This document shows, piece by piece, positions 55,342-64,000 of a DNA stretch of 64,000 nt (its first letter is position 1; the number at the start of each line of letters is the position of its first letter). The translations under genes were made by a program, and so were the position numbers. Location: assembly GCA_009914755.4 (NCBI GenBank), contig CP068257.2:43392001-43456000 (forward strand). The letters run 5' to 3'. The stretch comes from the human T2T-CHM13v2.0 reference genome, Homo sapiens. The notes beneath the pieces are model-generated. The model saw nothing but the letters and a program-made list of their open reading frames with translations. It had not been told where the DNA came from and made no database searches.

Positions 55342-58300
55342 CCGGATGCCGCTGGTGGGCCCTCTGCCAGCTGCTGCATCCCCAAGCCCTCTCTTGTGTC
55401 ATTGTTTTCCCTTTTCAGGAATAGTTTCCACTAGGGACCTGCTCCCTCAAATTTCTATCATTTGAGGTGAGGTTTCGTGTTGGTTCATCTGACTGGCCGA
55501 GTGCACCCTGGCTGTGAGAACAGGAAATAGAATTCTGGCTTTTGTCTTAGGGATATCCCCAGGTAGAGAGAGGAGATTCAAAAGATGCTGGGGAGCTACA
55601 GACGTGACCTCTGACCTCTACATGAAGAATGGTGGAAAACACTTACTACTTAGTGTTAATCTACACATTTCACTTGGTTTAGACCTAAGCATAAATAGTG
55701 TGAAGTCGATTTAAACAGAGGTTACAGTTTCCAGAAACTTCAGCGCCGTGGCTGCAGTTAAACAGCAATGATTGGACTCTTTACGTCTACTCCATTCTCG
55801 ATATGAATGAAAGTAGTCACATCAAATGCATATTTATTAGTCTTGGTCATTTTGAATTTGAGTCCTTTACATACTATGTATGTATGTACCCAGGAGCAGA
55901 GCAGGGTTAAAAGTGACATCTTCTAACTTCTACTCTGGAATTTTTTCCCTCTGCACTTTTTGTTGTCACGTAGTAGATGTTTTCACCCACATGCAGGTGA
56001 ATGAGTGACATATTTATCTTGTTACATAGTGAAGCTTTCAATTCTTTAATTTTATCCCTCTAATGAAACTGTGAGGAATTGATTCTGTTGACACAGAAAA
56101 GGCTGGTGTCACATGAACCTAAAGGACGTCATTGAGCATGTGCCTCTCACGCAGAACTGACATAGAGCCTCCCGTGCAGCTCACCTTGAATTCTCCATGC
56201 ACGAATCAGCCATAGGCACGTGTTATGTGTGGCACAGGCAAGAAGTGCCTGATAGATTTTAGTTCTGTTTATTGCTGGAAGCCCTTGCTGTAGGAAAAGG
56301 AAGGTTTTTTCCTTTCCTGGACAATGATTTTGAGCTACGGTGTAGAATGGAAAAGGCAGGCTTTGATTTGCCAGACACTGCTTGCTATGTGTGAAGCCGG
56401 GATAGGGCGGTGCTGTTGGACAGAAGACCTGCCCTGTGTGCCTTTTCACACTGCATTGAGAATTTGTCTAGATGATTTCCTGGGCTTATTGATTGTTGAA
56501 GGAAACAATGCAAATTGCAAGTTATGATCAAATAATGCTTTGAGTCTTCACCTTTTTAGAATGCTCTGGGAAAATACGGGGAGAAAATAAACCATAGGAA
56601 AGGCATTTTGAGGCGGTTTTGTTTTGTTTTAAACAGCTGCCATGAAATGCACCCTCTCTAAGAGGACAATTCAGTGATTTTCTGAATGTCTGAGTTGTGC
56701 AGACATCACCACTGTCTAGTTCTTGAACACTCCTGTCACCTCAAATGTTCCCTGTGCTTGTCTGCAGTTGATTCGCGCACCCAGCCCAGCCTCAGGCAAC
56801 CGCTCAGGCAGCCTGCCTGCTGTTTCCACATGTGCCTTGCAGATATTTCATGGGAAGCAGCTCATGTCCTGTGTCATCGTTTGCATCAGGCTTTCACTTA
56901 ACATGTTTTTCGGGTTCATCCGTGTGTTGTAGAACATATCAGTAGTTTGTTCCTTTTAGTCGTATTGGCGTAGCGTGTTCGTTTATTCCACTCCAGCGAT
57001 GGACTTTGGGTTGTTTCTGCATTCTGGCTATTATGAATCACGTGACTTTGAACATTAGCAAGCATGTCTGCGTGTGGATGTGTATTTTCATTTGTCATAG
57101 GTAGATTCCTAGGAGTTCGTAGGAGCTTCGAAATGGAGTTTAAGACAGAAGCCTTTGTTTGATACTGATAATGCTAGCAAGGGCCATTTATTTGGCTTGC
57201 TCTTGAAGTCTGTCTCTGTGATGTGCATTGTGCTTCTTGAATTGTATGAGCCTACTATAGGATGAAATATGGTTATAATGTCGAGCAGAAGCTATTAGCA
57301 TTTCTTAAGCTGACCACCTGTGTTGTGCACACTATTAGGTCCTCAGCAGATGAGTTCTTACCGGGTGTTTGATGTTTTCCCCCCACTTATCAGAAGAGGA
57401 AGTCGGTGAAGTACGGTTGGGCATATTAAAACCACATTCAGCCTACAACACCACAGAAACACTTACCCTTTGACCCAGCAATTCTGCTTCTAGGAATCCT
57501 TCCAGAAGATAGACCTCCAACAATGTGAAAATACATTCGGAATAACCTAAATATCCATATGCAGGAGAGGGTTGAGTAAACTCTAGTACAGCCACACAAC
57601 CACATCCACTGTTGAGGATGACCTCTGTGAATTGGTTTGAGGTGGTTTCCAGGGCACGTGGATGTGAATGAGGCAAGTACCAAAGAACATCTAAATGCTG
57701 CCCTTGATGTGAGAAGAAGGGGATGCAGGAAGACACACGCTCCCTGCACACTTGTGCAGAGGAGATACAGGAGGGCAGAGCCAGAAACAAAAGAGATGGT
57801 GACTGCAGAGGGCCAGGGGACGGAGGAGGAGTGGGTGCCAGGTCATAGGTGGGGTGCAGAGGGCGAGGGGGCAGGGAAGTGGAGTGGGTGCCAGGTCATA
57901 GGTGGGGTGCAGTGCTGCTCTCAGTACACCTTTTAGTGTGGCCCAGCTCTTGAAACCACAGCAATACTTCATATACTCCAAAGTAAAATAGATGGTTAAT
58001 ATCAGCCAGGATGTGGGGGACCCAAAATGAAATATAAGCGGAAAACACACATCTCACTGTAGTACAAAGCGGCAGGGCCACAGCAAAGGGGGTGGAAAGG
58101 AAAGTGTTAACCTTATTTGGGAAAATGATAATGTTGACTGGATTCTGTGAGGCTGAAGAGAACTGTACAAAATAGTAGTAAATTTTTTTCTCAGTGTTAA
58201 TGGTGAGCAATGTGAAACGACTTTATGTGTATGTGGGGATTGAACAAATAAGCAGAATCGTAGTGGATAATGAGAGCCAGGTTTCTCACTGTCCCAGGAA

Positions 58301-61300
58301 GAAGTTACAAATAGCAAAAGGAAGATGGCAGAGGGAGGCCGTGCTGTTGGATTGGGATAGGTGTCAGTGTGACTCTGTGGTCTTTAATAGATGCATGTAC
58401 AGCACAGGAGTAAACATAGGTGTACGCGTTACATGCATGGGTTAGTGATACACCTACATATGCATCTCCTAGCCTTGTCCGTTGGGAAGACCTAGAAGCA
58501 ATGACCTCCAGCAACAGGGAGCACACCTAAATATCAGTTGCTGATAAAAATAAGCAGGGCTCCTTGCAGAAGATGAGTCTGGAACCTCTGATGATGCTGG
58601 AAATAAGGAAGTGGCCAAAATGGATGGGGTGTGTCAGAGGGCACATAAGCAACCTGGAGGAGCCCCATGGCCAAAGCGGGTCAATTTGAGCAAGGAAATG
58701 AGTAATGATAGTATAGGTGTATAATCTATAAAACAAAGTCAGTATCACTACTGATACTTCTTATATTGATATAAGAAGAAATTGAAAAAATAAGGAGAAG
58801 GGACATCTCTTCCTGACAGAAACATTCCAATTAATTGGTGTAGGAGCAGTGAGAAAATAGAAAATCGCCTTCAGGCGGCACTATGGAAATAGTTACTTCA
58901 GGTGAGTTCCGCGGGAGGATGCTGATTAGTGGGCCAGAGTTTGGAGAGAAACAGGATATTTGCCTAGTCTCGAAGTATCTCTTCCTCAAGTTATTTATTT
59001 ATTAAAAAGGGAAAAATAGTAACTTTAGAATGGAGGAAGCCAGCAGACACCACGTCACCTGGGCGATCAAGATCAGCATCATCTGATGAGACAAGTTGCA
59101 TCATATGCCGCCCCACACCACATGGCATGTGCTCTGTCAGGGACTCCTGCCACAAATGCACAATCACAGTCTAGTCATGGAGAAATGTCAGACGCTCCAG
59201 TAGAGGGACGTCCTGCAAAATACCTCACCTCATCAGTGTTCCTCAGAAGTGTCCAGGTCATGAACACTGGAAACACCGAGGATTGGTCTAAGCTTAGAGA
59301 CCTGATGACTAACTGTGGCCTGTGATTCTGGGCAGAATCCTGGAACAGAAGCCGGTATTGGTGGAGAAACCACCGAAATTCAGATGAGGTCTGTGGTGTA
59401 GCCAATTGTATTGTGCCAGTGTTTATTTTCTGATTTCGATATATCCTTCTCCCAGCTCACAACATACAGGTCTGTGATTGATACATACTTCTCCTCATGC
59501 TCACAACTTACAAATCTATGATTTTAGAGGAAGCTGGGAGAAGGACATAGGGGAATTATCTGTACTATTTTTCAGCCTTCCCATAAGCCTAAAATTTCAA
59601 CATAAAAAGTTGAAAAAGAAACCCATGGCAGAATATGATGGGAGAATGGCAGAAATGGCAGGACCAGCCCCTGTCTCTGTTTCTTCCCATGTGAAGCTGT
59701 TTACCTGGTTTATCTTGGTCTTTGGATTTGGTCGATTTTTTTTTTCTAAAAAGAAATTTTAAATATAGTCAAATTTATCAGTTTTTTTCCTTTATGGCTT
59801 TTGGGTTTTGAATCCTAAGAATACTTTCCCTACTACAATACTCATATTTTTCTTTAATTTCTTCTAATAGTTTTATATTTTGTTTTTCACATTTAGCATA
59901 TTGATCTATATGAAATTTGTTTTTGTACAGTTTGAAGTTGGGATATTTTTTCAATTGGCTAATCATTTGCCTTTGTCATTGAGTAGTCTGCCCTTTGCCC
60001 AGTTATCAGAAATATCACCTTTATCACTACTAAATGTTTTCTTTCAATGATATTTCAAATTGCTTATTATTCTTGTGTGATAAAGTGATTGGTTTTTGTA
60101 TGTTGTGTCCACAGCTTGTCATTTGTGTCTCATGTTTTCTAGATGGAGGATCCTTTTGGGAACATGCGTCTTCCTTTCTAAGCTTTGTACTTCCCCTGTA
60201 TTAATTGGCTAGGACTTCTGGTACTGTGCTGAGTGTAGTGTTTGGATCATAGTGATGGCTAGCAGGCTGCATCTCGTTGTTGTCTTTGACGTGAATGCTT
60301 CCAGTATTTCATCCTTAAGTGTGACATTACTCTAGTTGTTTTGTACATACCCTTTATCTTGTCTAGCATGTTACCTTCTCTTCCTGGTTTGTCCAAAATA
60401 ATCTTTATCATGAGTGGCAGTAGAATTTTACCATATGTGCGTCTGTTGAAATGATCACGTGGTTTTCCCTCCAGTCTGTTAATATAGCAAATTTCATTAA
60501 TAGATTTCCTGATATTAAACATTCCTGCATTCTGGGGAAAATCCTGTTTTTAACACAGTGCAAAATTAAAATTGCTATTTATTTTAATACCTTCTATTTT
60601 TTCAAAATGAGTCTCTCCCCAGCCCTACCCCTAGTCTTTTCATTTTTTTCATGTAGTTTACATGCTGTAGTAGCTACATAGTGGTATAAGTGCTTAACAC
60701 CTGGCTTTTGGTGGGAAGGAGGAGTGGGAGTGTATGGAAACCCCTGATTTGTAGCATTTGCCAATTTCCAAGTTATAAATGTCCCTACCGTGCCCTATTT
60801 CAAGCTACCGATGAGCTGTCAACTGGTTTACAAAATTCCTGAAAATGTGACAGTCTTCTCTCATGAACAGGTATAAGTATACCAGTGGGGCCTGAGTGTG
60901 CAGCCTGGTGACTCTCATATCTGTGTGCACTCACACAACCATCACTGGGATCAACCCGGAGGCTTCCTGGTACCTGTGCAGCTCAGCACTCCTACCCTCC
61001 CCAGGAGGACCCCGGTTCTGACCTCTCTCCACCTTTGTTCTCACTTGGGGATTGAATACCTTGTTTATTTTCACGTCATCCTTGTTTTCTCTTCTGTGCA
61101 CATGCAGCTCTACGTTTTCCCCCCAAGAACTGCCTTGGCCACCTCATTTGTAGATAGCGAAATGCAGGGTTTGTAATGATTTTTATTGAAAAATTGAGCA
61201 TCTGATTATTATTGTGGCACTGGCTTTATTAAACAATGTAGGTTCTGTGATAACTTTTCTTAAATGTTGGGCATTGCTGCCATGTTATATTCATGAAGTT

Positions 61301-64000
61301 CATCAGCTTCATATAAACTGACGTTTTTCATTCATGTGTTTATGCAGTCATTGAATAAATATTTTTTGAGCACTTTGGATACCAAAGGTTTAGCAGTGAA
61401 TGAAATAACTCAGTCCCTTTCTTCACAGAGCATATGTTCTGCTATGTCTTTAAGTCACGTGTTTTTTCTATTTGACCGTCCTTGCCAATTTTCCCCTAAC
61501 TCAGACATCCACTTGTCTTTGCCCCTGGTATTATCTTAAATCAACTCTAAATCAATCCGATTTCTTCCACTGCTTCAATGCTAGTTGACGTTTGGCTTAA
61601 CTGCTTATATAATTATTTCTGCTTTTATTGAATTCTTATGATGAAAAAACAGAAGACTTGAATCTGATGATTTTTACTTTAGAAAGGTTAATGATGAAAG
61701 TGTTGTAATACTACAGTTTGGTGAAATGGCACTTTTTGTGTTGTGTGAACTGTCATCACTTAATGAGGAGCAGGAGATCAGCTTACAGTTTTCTGCTATA
61801 GTTCTGGACATCATGAGACCTTATTCCCCACCAGCATGATCTCTGTCTATGGCTCAGAGGGAGAGCAATAGGGATATGGGGTGCTATTCACAGCCTTGCC
61901 TGGGTGACTGTGTCTTCTGGCAGCTTAGTGGCTCCCAGGGGCAGGATCCTGGTCACCAGCATCCTACAGCATTGCCACATGTTTGCTCATGCTCTGGTGT
62001 CCTGTGGAGTAGAGCTCCTTGTTCTCCTGTGGACCACAGTCCAGGGAGAGTGGGGGTTTCCCTGTAGGAGGAGGAGCTGGAAGACTCCAGATCGAGTTTA
62101 ACCGTGGGCTAGGCTGCGAAATTTGGATGCAGGCCAGTGGACCTCAGAAATCCATCTGTTCATCTTTCTGCTAAACTGATTTGGATTTCTGCTTTTTTAA
62201 TCCTTTGCAAAATTAATTTGTCTTTAATATGAAAATCAGTGTTTTATTTTTAGTAAGAGAAAATAATTCTATTTTATTTATTTGGAACAATTTAAAAGAC
62301 CCTAGAGATCAACATCCTTCCTCTTTCATTTCCTAGAGGAGGGTGTAGAGGAGCAGAGTGTGTGACAGGCACAGTGGGACTGACCTTTGCTTCTGGGCCT
62401 GGATTACCATGTCTGGAGAGTGATGCTTTGGAGGAAGTATGGATCACTTCGCTCCTGGGCCGTCGGTTCAGAAGGTGCAGCCTTGCCCGGAGCTGAGGTC
62501 CAGTGCTAGCAGCACATTCCCTTTCCTTGCCCTGAGCCTGCATGGCAGCCTTCTTCATCAACTGGAATCTCTGTTGAGGATGGAGAAAAATCTGTGGTCC
62601 TTTTGTTTACTGGGTGACTTTCTGACCTCTCTCTCTTCTCATTCTCTCTACTGCATTACAACTGTTTGATGAGAGAGATTTTAAAAATGAACATAAACAA
62701 TTTTTATGGAAATATCTGTTATCTATTTTTTTTATATAGTTATACCATTGGAATTTACTCTTACCTTCAGGTAACAGTTGTGAGGACCAAATCTTAATCC
62801 TGGTAGGTGACCTTTAAATCTTAGAATCAGGAATTCGGCTTTAGTCAAAAGTTAACTTTTTCCTTATTATTGTGCTCCTGTTGGATTTTTAAAAATGGAT
62901 ACATTCTATTTATTGGTATTTACAAGTCACTTGACTAGACTGATACTAATAGTATGACACAGGAAAAACAAAAACATCTTTCTGTAAATTTTGAAGTAAT
63001 GAACAATATTAGGGATTATTCCAAAACAGAGCAGACAAGGCAGAGGAAAACCAGTCAAGCTCTTTATAGCTTAAATCTAACCCTTTACCTGAATAATAAT
63101 TTAAAAAACTATTTTATAAATCAAGTCTCCCATTCCTGTAAAATAGGAGTAATTCATTATCACACATTTTTGTACCTTTAATTTTTTTTTTCTTGATGGA
63201 GCCCAAGTCTTAAAGATGTCAAAACTAGTATCATGTTCCATTTTCTAAAGTCGAGGCTATCTCAGTCCCATTTCTATAGCCAACAGGGTAATCTGTTACT
63301 AGGCCCTGAAACCCTTCTGATGAGTCTCAGCTTATACCCCACCCCACCCCCAAATATTCACACAATAGGCACAGTGAAAACCAGGAAATTAGTCTCTGAA
63401 ATAAGCAGCCTCCCCAGGAAGGAAGCAGCATGGCCACTGCCCATTCTGTGCCTGGACCTCGCCCCACCGGCACTTGGCTTCAGGAACTGGACTGATCCAG
63501 GCACTTTGCTGGGGTGCACTTTGGCTTTTCTCACCAGTTCCCAGGGCAGCCTCGGGTAGGAGTCTCGGGTAGGAGAGTGTTGGAGGCCCTAGATCTGGGG
63601 CTACAGGGACTTTTCTCACAACTCCAGGCGAGGGCACACCGGGCTTGGCTCTTCTAGGTCTGGCGACTGCTCCCATTGGCAGGTGTCCACAGGCCTCTGC
63701 CTGACGTCCTTGACAAGAGGAAGAGAGGACCCGGCTTTCTGTGGGTGCCGAGCCCTCTGGGCCACACAGCTGCTGTTCTCTGACTTGTGGGTTTTTCTGC
63801 CGCCTCTTGCGTTTCATGCTGTGACTCTGGAACTAGGTCTTACCCTGTTTGGAGTGAAGGTTCGGGGTGTTGGGAAGTTCTGTCCTCTTCTCTCAGGAAG
63901 AGGCCCTTTGACTGTGTGCCCGGAGGAGGCATGGGTGCATCTTTTCTCCAGGGGGCTCCTCACCAGGGGTATGGGGAGACTGTGCTGCAGCCTCAGGAAT

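Noticed and set aside
59086-59325. ORF 59086..59325+ (MRQVASYAAPHHMACALSGTPATNAQSQSSHGEMSDAPVEGRPAKYLTSSVFL...) as a possible exon or processed pseudogene
   Set aside because: No splice signals are in appropriate positions. It has no poly(A) or TSD hallmarks of a retrocopy, and I do not recognise the protein. It is treated as chance ORF in intronic DNA.

Overview
This window reads as primate (human-like) nuclear genomic DNA, not a prokaryotic or phage locus. The supplied six-frame ORF track is therefore almost entirely non-informative. Most long ORFs are translations of Alu elements (recurring [14 protein letters not shown].../PGWSRTPDL motifs), of microsatellites and minisatellites, of the GC-rich CpG island, or of L1 remnants.

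The left two thirds (about 1-46000) is GC-rich and reminiscent of subtelomeric or high-recombination regions. It holds a long imperfect (TG)n tract, several minisatellites, recent perfect tandem duplications, many Alus and a young 5'-truncated L1 with intact target-site duplications. The right third (46000-64000) is AT-richer, with MIR/L2-type ancient repeats and few Alus, which looks like a large intron.

The single strongest functional signal is a roughly 1.8 kb CpG island (about 44100-45900). It contains an 11-bp x6 tandem array, a (GGC)n tract and a GT donor (45075|45076). It is followed by an ~18-copy 19-bp VNTR, and about 1.5 kb downstream by a short candidate exon ending in a perfect GTAAGTAT donor (46603|46604). 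This is consistent with a promoter, a non-coding exon 1, intron 1 and exon 2 of an unidentified plus-strand gene. I cannot name the gene from sequence alone.

I find no CRISPR array, rRNA, tRNA or operon-like coding system. I see no evidence for a novel defence-type system here. The noteworthy observations are structural: VNTRs in and beside the CpG island, CpG retention in what look like old repeat copies, recent tandem duplications, and probably polymorphic retroelement insertions.

Coordinates of repeats are by eye and are good to roughly +/-10 bp. Family names beyond Alu, L1 and MIR are deliberately left open.
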